A DNA stretch of 62,970 nucleotides, the filler included, from Lenisia limosa (Eukaryota; Protista; Breviatea), in assembly GCA_001655205.1 (NCBI GenBank). It is 11 parts of 11 records of this genome, joined end to end, with 100 filler letters (N's around TTAATTAATTAA, not from the genome) between each part and the next. Parts side by side here need not be neighbours in the genome. Positions count along the whole stretch, not along the records: positions 39,951 to 55,381 come from LPNZ01004301.1; positions 55,482 to 57,630 come from LPNZ01006412.1; positions 57,731 to 61,244 come from LPNZ01003893.1; 8 more parts are not named here. The stretch is one strand, 5' to 3'. Each line of letters begins with the position of its first letter. Position 1 is the first letter of the stretch. A program made the translations under genes and the position numbers. Shown here piece by piece: positions 48,483 to 61,244 of this stretch. The notes beneath the pieces are model-generated. The model was not told where the DNA came from. It ran no database searches and saw only the letters and a list, made by a program, of their open reading frames with translations.

Positions 48483-51400
48483 ATGGCGAGCGAAGAGGTC
48501 TCATTAGAGGTCTTAAACTCTTGGCTAGAGAACCTCCTGGTAAGTATGAGTTCCAGCCACTCTTTATTGACCTTTCAAGGTTCCGAACAATGAAGTTATC
48601 GCGAGTGCGTCTCATAATTTAAAGGTAGTATTTGTATTGAGTATTAAAAGGGAAAACTAACGGTGTTTTTAGGAGTTTAGGCGCAAGCCAGGGAGCTTAA
48701 CTCTTCTTTGGACAACTGCTTCGAGCCATCCTAATCATCTTGTGGGCAGTGTTAATATTTAAATGTTGTTTTTGGGTGGGGTTGTGTATATGAGCACAAG
48801 CACGGACTCATCAAAGATACGTAGCTATATCTCAATGATGTCTTTTTACAAATATATTATGCCGCCCCCTCCTCTTTTTTGTTTCATCATCTTTCTTGAA
48901 ATGCCTGTTGGTGGATGACAACTGTAATGAATTTGAAACTTAATCTGACACTTTCGCAGCTCAGACAGCTCTCTGCTGTGATCTTGGACCCGGTTATCCT
49001 TGACCACTGGAAGACACTCAAGAATGCCGAGAAGGAGGAGTTCAAGGTGAGGTTGAGGCTGTTGACAGCACTATTGTTTCATCCTTGGAAAACGTCATGT
49101 TATAATCCAACCTTTCAATATCACCTGAGCCCAGTATTGTCGATGACTAATTGAATGAATTAACCACCAGGTTATTCTGCTGAATCGCCTGGATTGCGAG
49201 CCTGAGTAAGCAAGGGGTATTGGTTGGGGTAGGATATTTGAATTACTTACCCAGGTTGAAATCATGTCCTTTATGAATAGAATATTTATGTTTCTTGGTA
49301 TACATATCATGTCAGATATTTACCTAGCTCACGCGCCAGATACATTGTCAAACAGGCGTTGGCGAGATTGGTGGGCAAGTTGGCTCGAATGGAGTTTGCC
49401 GTCCAGCGCTGGACTGATCTTCTCGTGTTTCTCGACAGAATTGCCTCTTCTGACCAGGCGGAAAAGAGAGAGGTTCCTGGGTAGCTGGCAGATTACATTT
49501 CTTCCGACAAAAATTGGCCTTGACCGTTTAGATTGCATTTTCTCTCTTTGCGACACTTTGTGAGAACTGCGGACACACCATCATCCAGTACAAGGACCAG
49601 CTGGCTTCAGTCTTCACAAACTGCCTCGTCACTGACCCTTTTTACCAAGTCAAGGTGGAGGGGCAAGGGAACACGAATGAAGAGTTGTCACTGGTGTTTT
49701 TATGGCTATTAATATCATTTTAGGTTTCCGCGCTCCATGCTTACTACTTCCTGTTCTCAATCATATCCGAAGAGCTCACAAAGAAAGACCGAGATAACGT
49801 GGGTTGAGGCTTCAGATCGGCAGTTCAGATCACTCATCTTTTTAGGCTCGCAAATTGTTCCCCCATATGATCCAAGTTGTACAGTCCTGCTTGGAGTCGA
49901 ATGACGAGATCATGGCCGGCAAGGTGCGTTGGTAGTGTGCTGGTTTTTGACTGTTCCTTAGGCTCTCATGTACATTACGGACATCATCGATCTCCGCCCC
50001 GCCATTGCCGTGCCCCATCTTGCCCCTTTGTTCATGCTCTGCACAACTATTGCCCAATGCAAGGATGTGAGTTGAGCTATTGTGATATTTGATATTGTGA
50101 GATTGTTTGATTGTGGTGTGAGTATACGGGCTTCACCTGGATTCGAAAAACTTATTTCTCGATTAATCCTCGAATATTATCGATTAAAGAACCGATTTTT
50201 TCGACTGAGTGAAGCCACACTTTATGATGTCTATTGCTATTCCAACAGTATGAGCTTACTGGAATACATAGCTTAAGCTTTTCTCACTTTACTTCGTACC
50301 AAGAGCACAACTTTTGTCTGTACATTTCTTCATATGATACGTGCATGCATATCAGTATTATTCTCCCCAATATTACTACTCAGATTGGCGATGACCTTCG
50401 AATTGCCGCACTTCACTCCTTCTGTGTCCTTGAAGAATTGTACGTTTGGCAGCCTGTACCAATAGTTGGCTGTCATCATTATAACTAGTCATTATAACTT
50501 GGCCGTAGTTAGTTGTTATCATTATAACTTGGCAGTTCGGCGTCTAAGCTTAGGAAGGTGACGCTACGTGGACAAACCGTTGCTGCCCATATCGCATCAG
50601 TTACCCTCCCCTTACTGCAGGTGAGGTACACAATCATCACTAATTTTCTCGATAAGGTCCTATATTACGTTTTCAATTCAATTGCCGATTTTTGTACTGT
50701 GCAAGTTCTTCAGCATACATACGTATCACAGCCACTACCAGCGTTCCTTTTGACATCTATAGGACTATGATCCAGATGAAGTTGGAGACGTCTTCGAGGA
50801 AATCAATGTTTGGGGGGCAGCTTCATGTTGTTCCATTGAATATATAGAATTTACCATTAATCGTTGGTGAAGTGAAGAGATTCTGAAATCGCTTGATGTC
50901 AACTAATTATGCTCTAGGGACATACCACGTTTGTTGCAGCCTATCGTCTACTTTACGCTCTGTGCAGCCATTTGCCTGAAAAGGTCGGTACCATGCACTT
51001 GTCTACAACTCATCTTTGTTTTGAAAAGTGAAGTACCCGAGATAAATCCTTCACATTTCACATGCCTTGTTCGTACCAAATGATCGAGCTGCCATACTAT
51101 ATTGTAACTTTCTTCGATATTAAGTAGTATCTTTTGCTACTTCCAAGTTCGCCATTATGACGAATACACAATGGATACAATCATATAGAGAAATGTGACT
51201 TTTATCGTCACCTCCAGGATGCGTTTGCTCCCATATTTGGACAGATCACCACAGGGCTGAACTCGAAGGACTCTCAAGCTCTTTCGGCCTCGGTTTTGGC
51301 GCTCTCCGTAAGCTTGAAATGTCATCACTTTCCATACCATATGATGATATTGTCACAGAGTGAATAACCCTCATCCTGTAGCCTCTTGCCTCAGGCTGCC

Positions 51401-54400
51401 CCGAGTCCACCATCGATGTCCTCGATACCCTCATTCCCGGCCTTCTCTCTCTCTTCAAAGCTGAAGTAGGCTGGCTTTGTGACATGTTATTCGAAGTGCA
51501 GCAGCAACACTAACCCTCCAGACGCCGCAGCTCATCCAACGCCAAGTCCTCTCCACATTAAGAATATTCTCAGATGCGTTGGAGCCTGAAATTCAGGTGA
51601 GGGCAATACAACTAGTGGTATAATAATGGTCCGAAAATATACACCACTATACACCAATTTTCCGACCTTTCACACCCACAGCCCTACTATGCTCAAATCT
51701 TCCCGTACGCACGTGCTGCTTTAGATGTACCACATTTGCAAAAAGCAAGCCTCATGGCCCTTGACACTATTTGCAGTGATGTGAGTGGGTCAGATTTTGC
51801 CACTGTTTATACAGTTTGAAAATCTAATATACTTCATTTATAATTCAACATAATCTGTTTTCAACTGAATGAGGTGTAAATGGTAGAAAACGACAATACA
51901 CTTATATACACCATTGGCAACATTCATCATCATCGTCATTCTATTCCCAGATTGGTGATGACATTTTGCCGCATCTTGACGACCTTATGACCGTTTTCGC
52001 CTCCATCCTTGCTGTAAGCAGAGGCAAAATCAATTCTGGCATTGTTCTTGATGGAAGTTGGAATGTTGCTTTCAAGGGGCATAAGTTAAGAATCGAGTAT
52101 TGTAAAGATTAAGAGCCTACGGCGCCATCTTGTTCCGTGATGTTGTCCAAGGATATCTCCTTTGACCCTCCAGAAGCCGGATGTTGACACACAGGCGCTG
52201 ACGTTGCGCGCGATGGCAGCTGTCGCAGAATCCGCTGCCGAGGTGCCGGGGTATTGCATTCATGGACATGATACAGACTATCGGATTCAGATGAAAGCAC
52301 ACACCAACGAGAGGATCTCTTCTTTCGCAAATTAATAGTCCAATAGTCTGTAACCCCCCCCCTCTGCCAGAGCTTTGGACACTACTACGACCAAGTCAAA
52401 GCCTATATGGCTCATGTTCCAACTGACGAACTCATTATCCGAACGCGAATGACTGAATTGCTGTGTGGTGTCACCCGTGGTGTTGCTTCCACTGTTATCA
52501 TGGTGGGGATGTTCAAATCAAATCTCGATATCTCAACGCTAATTTGTTGGTGTATTGTTCACAGTTAATCCCTCAACTCATAAGTCTAGGCGGATTCAAA
52601 GATGCTGGTAGAGTTCTGCCTGGCCTCGCTGGATTATGAGGATCCCGAGCTGAACGAGTGGAGTTTCGGTCTGCTCGAGGCCATAGCCGCTGTCCTCAAG
52701 GTAAAGCGGCGTTACGGGTAGAAAGCGTTCTTCAGAGGGATTTTGTGTGAAATGACCGTTGTTTTAACTCTACCCCCCCTGGAATTAGGAGTCCATAAAC
52801 ATCCCAGGTCAACTTTGACGTGTACCTCAACGCCGTGCTTCCTTCTCTTCACGCAGCAATTGGAGAGGTCCATTTGGTGGGGGACAAATAGCCAGACTTT
52901 TTTTGACCCCACAGCCAGATCAAGACGATCTTGACACTATCAGCCTTCAGCCCGTTGATGATATGGGTGGGCCTGGGCGTTGGAGCGTGGTAAATAGAGC
53001 TTCACTTCGGTTCAAAAAAGACTGAAATTCTCGATTAGTCCTCGAAAACTATCGATATTTTCCCCAACCGAAGTGAGGCCTTAGTGGTAAACAGATGTAA
53101 ACACCACAGAAGCTGATAAAGATATTGTGGTGATTTTGCTCATGAACCCCCCAGGCTCGCATATCCGCACAAGTGTAGTTGACGAGAAGGTGTCAGCACT
53201 GCACTGCATGGCGACTTTGGCCGAAGAGTCGGGGCCTGCCTTCCATCCCTTTATGATGGACATGTACAAAACAGTATCGCATGAACTCAAGTGGGGAGGT
53301 GGCAATGGTAACAGAATCAGTTTTGTTTCACCCCCAATGACAACATCAGACATGTGCACGCAGACGTAACGGGAATGGCGTGCAGAGCTTTGGCTGGAAT
53401 GGTGACTGCTGCTGCCAAAGGGGACCCCCAGAGTCCTGGAAGGTGGGGACATGTGCTTCGTGTTCTTTAAAAGTTGACATACCTAAACTGTCAAAAACAG
53501 CCAAATGGAAGGTCAATAAAACAGACAGTTTACGTGTTTGACGTCATTGAGTTGACTTGTTTAGCACCGGGAGAGACTCAGAGGGGCGTGGCAACTGGCC
53601 GAGAGACTCAACCTATGTCGTTCACAAAGACATTCTGGATATGGTTTGGGGGTCTTATTTGTTGTAAGTATAAAACTGGTGAATATACATGTACCTTTTC
53701 AATTTTAACTCTTTTCGATCAAAGTGGACATAGCTGTCAAAGGAAAAACTCTGATTGCCTTATAGGCTGGTTCCACGATCACTATGATGCTTGACCTTCT
53801 CGACCGTACAGTTATGAAGGAAGTTGCTACTGATGCTATTGCCTCTGTGGGGGAGAGGGAAGGAAATCCTAATGATGACTATGTAGTAGATGAAGAATGG
53901 AATAATTGGCTGGAACCTGGTTATATTGTTTTATGAACTAGTTTGAAAGCCTTGAACTATCGCCACTCACACCGTAGATTATTCGCATCATTCAACTTTT
54001 GGGACCTGTTTTGCTGGAACCCTTCTTCGAAAAGCTCTGCAATTTGGTACGAGGAGCGCGTTGGTCCAAAGCAGGGCTGAATAACTTGATATTTTGGTGG
54101 TCATAGAATAGTTACACGTTACGGTTAATCACCGTATCAGGAGACAAGTTTTACAGTGTAAATGACATTGTGGTAGCCTGTTATATGTCCATATTCTCGA
54201 TTCTTTAAACACTGCTTTAACCTCTTAGGCTGGAGTCTATCTTGATGGCAAGTCCCCCCAACAAGGAAGGGACACTGAAAGTGACGAAGAAGACGAGGAG
54301 GAGGAAGATGATGATGAGGGAGATGAAGAGGAAAAGCTTCTCATGGACTCAAGTAGGAACGACTATTCTAATTTCGTACTACGTGCTTTTCTGCTCACCC

Positions 54401-55360
54401 TACCATGCTTGTGTTTTTTTTTGTTATTTGTAGGGCTCCGTGCAATTAATTGAAAAATTAATTGCAATATTTCTGTTGTCATAGGAACTCCTTTTCGGTC
54501 ACTTTAATTTCAAATTTTGTCAACTTCTCCAGTTTCGGATCTTATCATTGAATTGGCGTACCAGAAAAAGGCCAGCTTTAAACCCATTTGGGACGTACTC
54601 TTCACCAGGGTGGCCAAATTCTATGTGAGTGACATTCCGATAAGATAAAATGGGATTGACCCCATCCCATATGATACATTAAGCAACAAAATTGATTTTG
54701 AGTTTTTTTTTTGGGATTACATTTCCAACTTACCCAACTTACCCCCCCACACACAATTGTTTTTGTCATCTGGTTTTTGTTTTTTTGGTTTTGTGTTTTT
54801 GTCATCTGGTTTTTGTGTTTTTGTCATCTGGTTTTTGTCTAGTTTTAGCTCGTGTTTGTTATTGCTTGTTTTTGTTTGGAGTTTTAGANNNNNNNNNNNN
54901 NNNNNNNNNNNNNNNNNNNNNNNNNNNNNNNNNNNNNNNNNNNNNNNNNNNNNNNNNNNNNNNNNNNNNNNNNNNNNNNNNNNNNNNNNNNNNNNNNNNN
55001 NNNNNNNNNNNNCCACAATTGCAATGGTGACTGAGAGCCTCCCCGGCACGTTGATCGAAAAGCCTGAGGAGGTGAGGGGTTCAGTTCCCTTTTGTGGTTC
55101 GGATTATGATAAGAAAATATGGCTATTAAGAATTGTTTGAGAATAAGAAATCTAGAGTGTAGGATGTACAGTAATAAATGATCCTCTTTTTGAAATATAT
55201 AGACATGTAGGGGCACCTACTTGCAGAGCTAACACCGCAGTTGGTCCGCTTAGCCTCACACGCGCTCCCTTCAAAGTCCTCCGCCGTCCGCACCAGTGGC
55301 GCCTATCTGCTGATGGTCCTTATTGACAAATTTCCGACCAGCCTGGCACCGCATTTCAAC
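48483..55360 (+). CDS. IPO4: Importin-4 (Kap123/RanBP4) HEAT-repeat karyopherin; C-terminus lost at a linker gap
   Basis: MASEEVSLEVLNSWLENLL|VPNNEVIASAS and LRQLSAVIL...HWKTL (compare IPO4 LEQLLRELLLPD..IRRAT / IRQFAAVL..W), RWTDLLVFL...S...KRE, VVDEKVSALHCM, acidic loop ESDEEDEEEDDDEGDEE, and VRTSGAYLL. Confidence 0.85.
50126..50217. mobile_element. hAT-type MITE family A, diverged copy (IPO4 intron)
   Basis: GGGCTTCACCTGGATTCGAAAA...TTTTTCGACTGAGTGAAGCC. Confidence 0.7.
52995..53083. mobile_element. hAT-type MITE family A copy with a perfect TSD (IPO4 intron)
   Basis: GTGGTAAA|TAGAGCTTCACTTCGG...CCGAAGTGAGGCCTTA|GTGGTAAA. Confidence 0.88.
54765..54840. repeat. Intronic degenerate tandem repeat
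   Basis: TTTTGTCATCTGGTTTTTG repeated 3 times with TTTTGTG spacers. Confidence 0.8.
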
Positions 55361-55481
55361 GTAGGCAACATAGGGGTGATANNNNNNNNNNNNNNNNNNN
55401 NNNNNNNNNNNNNNNNNNNNNNNNNTTAATTAATTAANNNNNNNNNNNNNNNNNNNNNNNNNNNNNNNNNNNNNNNNNNNN

Positions 55482-57630
55482 GCCCTCAAGCACAAGTACA
55501 AGGAAATCAAGACGTCAAGCTACGTCGGCAACGCCTATGCCGAACAAAACATTTCGGGCTTCAAAACGGCCGGTGGTAAGAGGGGGGGTATGCTGGCACT
55601 CTATCACCCCCTTGTCTAGTTTTAGTGTTGGTTGCTCGTGTTTGTTTGTTTTTTTTTGCTTTTCATTTGTTTGAAGTTAACTCCTCCCCCTCCCCTTTAA
55701 TTTTCCCATTTAACGACTTTTTGTGTTTCATATGTAATTTTCCCATTTAACGACTTTNNNNNNNNNNNNNNNNNNNNNNNNNNNNNNNNNNNNNNNNNNN
55801 NNNNNNNNNNNNNNNNNNNNNNNNNNNNNNNNNNNNNNNNNNNNNNNNNNNNNNNNNNNNNNNNNNNNNNNNNNNNNNNNNNNNNNNNNNNNNNNNNNNN
55901 NNNNNNNNNNNNNNNNCAACCACGCTGCCGGCACTGCTCTAACAGTCTCAAAACGCCACACCATCGCCCAAAAAGTCAACGCCAAGATCAAAGTAAGTCC
56001 AAGGCTCGTGACTTTCGGGTTGTCTTAACAATTCATTTGAAATAAGTAATGGGAAATAGGGGTGTTGAAGGGGCTCATGTAATTCATTTTTGAAATTGTA
56101 TTTGTATGTGTGTGGGAAGGGGGGGGTGTTTTTATGTGTGTGATACATCAGATATTATACCTGTATCGAACCCCTCATCATTCAACCACCCATTTTATTA
56201 GTAAGGTTAGTTTTGCAATCGTCATCACTCTCCCCCAGGAGTGATAGGNNNNNNNNNNNNNNNNNNNNNNNNNNNNNNNNNNNNNNNNNNNNNNNNNNNN
56301 NNNNNNNNNNNNNNNNNNNNNNNNNNNNNNNNNNNNNNNNNNNNNNNNNNNNNNNNNNNNNNNNNNNNNNNNNNNNNNNNNNNNNNNNNNNNNNNNNNNN
56401 NNNNNNNNNNNNNNNNNNNNNNNNNNNNNNNNNNNNNNNNNNNNNNNNNNNNNNNNNNNNNNNNNNNNNNNNNNNNNNNNNNNNNNAGAAGTACAGAAAG
56501 TCATTGGAACGTTCTGTTGCTACCCCATCTACCAGTCTGAGTGCCACTCAGGTTGGGGGGAGGGGTGTGGGTGTTGGATTGTTTTTACTTCAAAATAATT
56601 ATTAGGGAAGTCCCCCATCCCAGCTTCTTATCTGAGCTGTGTACATATTGTTATACCTTGTTTTTTATTTCTCATTGTTATATAATTACCAAAAAACTAC
56701 ATACTATTTAATAATAAATAGTCGTTTTACACCCCCCCCCCCCNNNNNNNNNNNNNNNNNNNNNNNNNNNNNNNNNNNNNNNNNNNNNNNNNNNNNNNNN
56801 NNNNNNNNNNNNNNNNNNNNNNNNNNNNNNNNNNNNNNNNNNNNNNNNNNNNNNNNNNNNNNNNNNNNNNNNNNNNNNNNNNNNNNNNNNGAAGAAGGAG
56901 GATGATGAAGTGAGTCTTTTTGGGGGCTTTTGATCTGATCTGCGATAACGTAGATAAACCCTTGATAAATCTCATACACCACCACCTCCATTTGTCGACT
57001 GATCCCTCCCCCTCGACAGACCAAACGTCAAGCCGACCTGCTGAAAAAGAAGGCCGACGCTGAGGCTCTGAAAAAGAAGCAGCAAGCGGAAGAGAAGAAG
57101 AGGGCAGAGGATGCAGTAAGGCTGAAGAAGGAAGAAGAGGAGAAGAGGAAGCTGGAGAAGGCAAAGAAGGAGTTGGAAATTGCTGAGAAGAAGGCTGAGT
57201 TGGCCAAGACTGTTGAGAAGAAGGAGCAGAAGGAAACCAAGGTGGTTGGGCGCAAGTTTTCAAAGTTTAAATTCGTTTTGTTTTGTGTGTTATTTTGTTT
57301 TTGTTTGTGTGCAGTAAAGTCTCTATTAAAACTGCGTGGCCTGTTTGACTTGGCTATTTATTTCAAATTGGATTTTAAAAAAAATTATCCTGTTAAATTT
57401 TTTTGATCCCATTTAGAATGAATTCCCCTTTGGGGAGCCGACAACTTCCGCTTTTGGCAAGTCTGAAACTCCCGCATTTGGCAAGCCGAGCGAAGTTTCC
57501 ATATTTAGCAAGAAGGCTGAGGAGGCTGCTGCAACCAAGCCAGAGGAACCGAAGGAGGATAAGGAAACGCCGAAGCTTCCGCCTGCTAAACCAAGCCCTT
57601 TCAGTGCCACGTCGGCTTCGGCTTTTGCTC
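55482..57630 (+). CDS. Partial K/E/A-rich coiled-coil protein followed by FG-type motifs (possible nucleoporin)
   Basis: Exon 57020-57241 reads KKKADAEALKKKQQAEEKKRAEDA...; exon from about 57418 reads NEFPFGEPTTSAFGKSETPAFGKPSEVSIFSKK...SPFSATSASAFA. Bounded by linkers on both sides. Confidence 0.45.
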
Positions 57631-57760
57631 NNNNNNNNNNNNNNNNNNNNNNNNNNNNNNNNNNNNNNNNNNNNTTAATTAATTAANNNNNNNNNNNNNN
57701 NNNNNNNNNNNNNNNNNNNNNNNNNNNNNNATTTATTGATCATTTTTAACCTTCTCATAG

Positions 57761-60700
57761 GTCAGCTATTCTGCCGCTCATTGCTGCAACAGCGACAAGC
57801 AACTCACTCCGATTGTCTGCCTTCACACTAGCCCGGTTTGCAGGGGTCTTGAGCTGGTCGCCCTGTATGTCATAATTGCAACACTAATAAACCTATTGTT
57901 AATAAATTATTAATAGCAACACAGCACAACTGTGCAAGAAACAATGCAAGCTAAGCTTATGAAACATTGTTGATTTCCTTCCTTCCGCACAACCCCCATC
58001 ACTGTTTTAGGCAATCTTTGGACCGCATTCACACCGAATCCGTACGGCTGACTCTCCCCTCGGCGCCCCAAGCGTGAGAGGGGTGTATTGTGGCTTTCCT
58101 TCGTTCAAAGTGGAAGCATTGATTGATTATTTGGAATATGAAAACAGCATACGTATGTATGCAGTTTTTCCATTGTCGTTACCATATGAGGTAAAGTCGT
58201 ATGTTATTTACCATATGAGGTAAAGTCGTATGTTATTTAGTTGCATGAGTTATTTATCTGTATAGTGAACCACCTTGCCCTGTGTCGTCTTTCAACTACT
58301 TCACGCAGCCTTTCGGACAGGTTGGGGGGGGGGGGCTGTGACCTAATTCATCTTGCTTCTGGTCTCATGCACTCCTCCATTTGTTTATTGAACCATACTT
58401 GTCTAAGACCCTCTTCAACTATACACCAAGCTAACAGTCTGAGCCGCTCACTTTGGCCCCATACACCAGGCTAACTGTCTCCAGGCTAACAGTTTAGCCG
58501 CTCTCTTTGGCCCCAGACACCAGGCTAACAGTTTAGCCGCTCTCTTTGGCCCAGGCTAACCGTTTAGCCGCTCTCTATGGCCCCATACACCAGGATAACA
58601 GTCTTAGCCGCTCTCTTTGGCCCTGTCAATCGCATCGAAATGGCCGAACGACCAGCCGATTGAGATTCTGCACCAGCACATCACCAGGATCCTGGCAGGT
58701 TCTAGTGCCTTGCTCACTGGTAAGTTTCTATTGATTTGTTGGTTTATTTGGTGTCTATTTGGATTATATCATTTTGAGTTTGTTTGCATCAATGAAACAA
58801 ATGAAACGAAATGTAAAAATGATTCAATCACATTGTTTCCTTGCAGTATTAGGCCTCTTATCCCCCCCTACAGAAGATGTCGAAGCAGGTGCCACCCTTC
58901 TTAGCAACATGCTGACCAAGGATGCGCCGTGGGAAGGTCTTGATGATGTCGAGTCTACTCACTCGATAGCAGAGGTGGGTGGTTGCGTCATATGCCATTG
59001 TTGGTTGCGTCATATGCCATTGTTGGTTGCAATAAAAGCCTCACCTTTTCAGGCGCGTTCCACTGTGAAACTCCTAAAGCCGTCCACTGGATACTTGCCC
59101 TCAGGCCTTCATACAACTTGGATGGTTGGGGGGGGAGTTTCAGTCAAAAACGGCAATACTGTTCCTGGTTTTAGTTCTCTATTATGATACTTTCTATCTT
59201 GATTTTCGGAATGTCGGGCAGCAGAAATTAAGTCATAATTATAACCAATCTAGGCATTGGCAGAAAGGAGCCTTGGAAGATGGGCCGAGCTCACCATGAC
59301 CCGCATCCTTGATAGAACTGATCGTCGTACTGTGCGCGGGGGGAGGGGCGAGTGATGGGATGCGGTACTGCAGAAGCGACTGGCCTGGACTTTGTTTGTT
59401 TTGTTGTTTTGTTTTGCTTTTGTTTTTTTGTATGCAAAAACTTGGCCAAGAGTTGATTCTGGACTTCCTTTTTTTTGTTTCATCAAAATCTTTTTTTATA
59501 TATGATATTATATATATATATATTATATCCATGTATATATTTTTATTTTTTTTTATCTCCCCAGCCCGCCAAATCTGAGATTGTCAAGCAGCGACTGGAT
59601 TGGATCATTGAAGACCTTCCTCAAATGGAAATCGTGAGTGATGCCATATAGGTGTTATTTGATACAGGAGTTATGATCGTGAGTGATGCCATATGGGTGT
59701 TAGGAGTTATGATATTTTCTTGAAATTGTGTGTGCTTGTCAGATATTATAAACTTCTTTGTGCATAATTTTGGTGTTGATGGCTTATGTCAAATCAATGA
59801 ACCTTTTCTGAACACTTGCTGAGATTTTTGTATTTGTTTATTTCCTGCAAATACTGATAGTTTAGTCATATTTCGAGAACCCAAAAACGGCCATTGAGGA
59901 TGCACTCCACGAGGTTTGTACCCCAGGTTTATTATCTCTTCGCATACCCCATAAGCTGGCTCACCCCTCCCCAGGAAACAATAGCGCTGCAGAATCTGCT
60001 TACTACGGTCCGGGGAGAACTGGCAGCAGTGGACAGCGGTCTCAGAGGGCACGTCGCGTTCTCGCCTCGCGTGGGGGGTTTGTTCTGACGTTCTGCATCA
60101 ATCTATTTTCACATGCATATAATTGATAGTATATGTCAAAACGTTCTTTATACAGGCATTTCAAAGCTCCACATTAGGACATTTGTGACCATTTAGCTGC
60201 TTGAAATCTCCCAATGCCTCTCCAACAACAGCACCCCGAAGAAGTGGCTCAAAATGGCCGTTCCGCGCTACGATGAGGGCATGAACCTCCTGCGCTTCTC
60301 TGGTGGGCAAGGGGGGATATAACTCAAAATCAGCACAGTTGCCTAAAATGACACCTAAAAGTGTACTATTATCTCTGATTCCCTATTCCTTGGTTTCCTG
60401 ACCCCTCCAGAGGATCAAGATGTTATCCAGCCTATCAAGTCCGTGTACCTCCCGAGTGAAGCACTCAGGTCCGTGGGGATTAAATGGGTGTAAGATGTGT
60501 GGAGGTATTGAGCAACGTGGAAGAAGCTGATTAGATGCGCAGAGTAATTGAATTTGTTTTATATTTTTGAATGTGCACACAGAGTTGGATACCTGCGGCT
60601 TCTTACATTCCACATCATTTGAAGTACTAAAGAGTCACATCTTTAGCCTCGCGGTCTGGTTCCAAAGTGTGAAGGTGTGGGCCCAGACACTCGAGGCCGC

Positions 60701-61244
60701 CAAGTCCCCGACTGAGGTGAGCGGAAGTGTTTAAATGAATAGAAGCATTTGATATGCTGCTTCCCTCTTACCACATACGTGATTGTTTCCCTCTCACCAC
60801 ATGCATGATTGGCATGATTGTGGATACGAGATAGGAAACTAGTTTATTTCATGACACATGTCCCTCATCCCCCCCCCCANNNNNNNNNNNNNNNNNNNNN
60901 NNNNNNNNNNNNNNNNNNNNNNNNNNNNNNNNNNNNNNNNNNNNNNNNNNNNNCTTGGCCATCACAGCAGGTAGAACCATTGCCAAACCTTTGGTGAGCG
61001 TAATATCGTATTATTGCTGGGGCTTCACTTCGGTTCGAAAAAGACCCTTAAAATATCGGTAGTTTTCGAGGATTTATCGAGAAATGCAGTCTTTTCTCGA
61101 ACCGAAGTGAAGCCCTAGATATTGGGCATTCCGTTTTGTTGAGCTTTGGTTCGGGATATTCCCTTATTTTAGAAGACAGATTCTCGCATCTCACCCCCCC
61201 AGCATCACATAGCCCTGGTTGCCTCCAACTTCCCCGAACCCACG
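57761..61244 (+). CDS. Partial, highly divergent dynein heavy chain C-terminal region (AAA6 lid plus C-terminal domain)
   Basis: SAFTLARFAGVL, EDVEAGATLLSNMLTKDAPWEGL (D...a...l...iPW..l lid motif), ETIALQNLLTTVRGELAAVDSGLRG (E....n.Ll..ir..L..l...l.G), LLEISQCLSNNSTPKKW (l...l..n.vP..W) and TCGFLHSTSF (.sGf..p..F), in the expected order. Confidence 0.6.
58420..58623. repeat. Intronic minisatellite, about 5 copies of a 30-39-bp unit
   Basis: Unit CCAGGCTAACAGTTTAGCCGCTCTCTTTGGCCCCATACA with variants. Confidence 0.9.
59357..59399 (+). repeat. 43-bp dispersed repeat; the second copy is inverted at 61345-61387
   Basis: GGGATGCGGTACTGCAGAAGCGACTGGCCTGGACTTTGTTTGT versus the reverse complement of 61345-61387: 40/43 identical. 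Confidence 0.85.
61018..61117. mobile_element. hAT-type MITE family A, full-length copy
   Basis: TGGGGCTTCACTTCGGTTCGA...TCGAACCGAAGTGAAGCCCTA. Confidence 0.88.

Noticed and set aside
58420-58623. CRISPR-like array (also considered at 27051)
   Set aside because: Units are adjacent with no unique spacers, the context is eukaryotic and intronic, and there are no cas genes.
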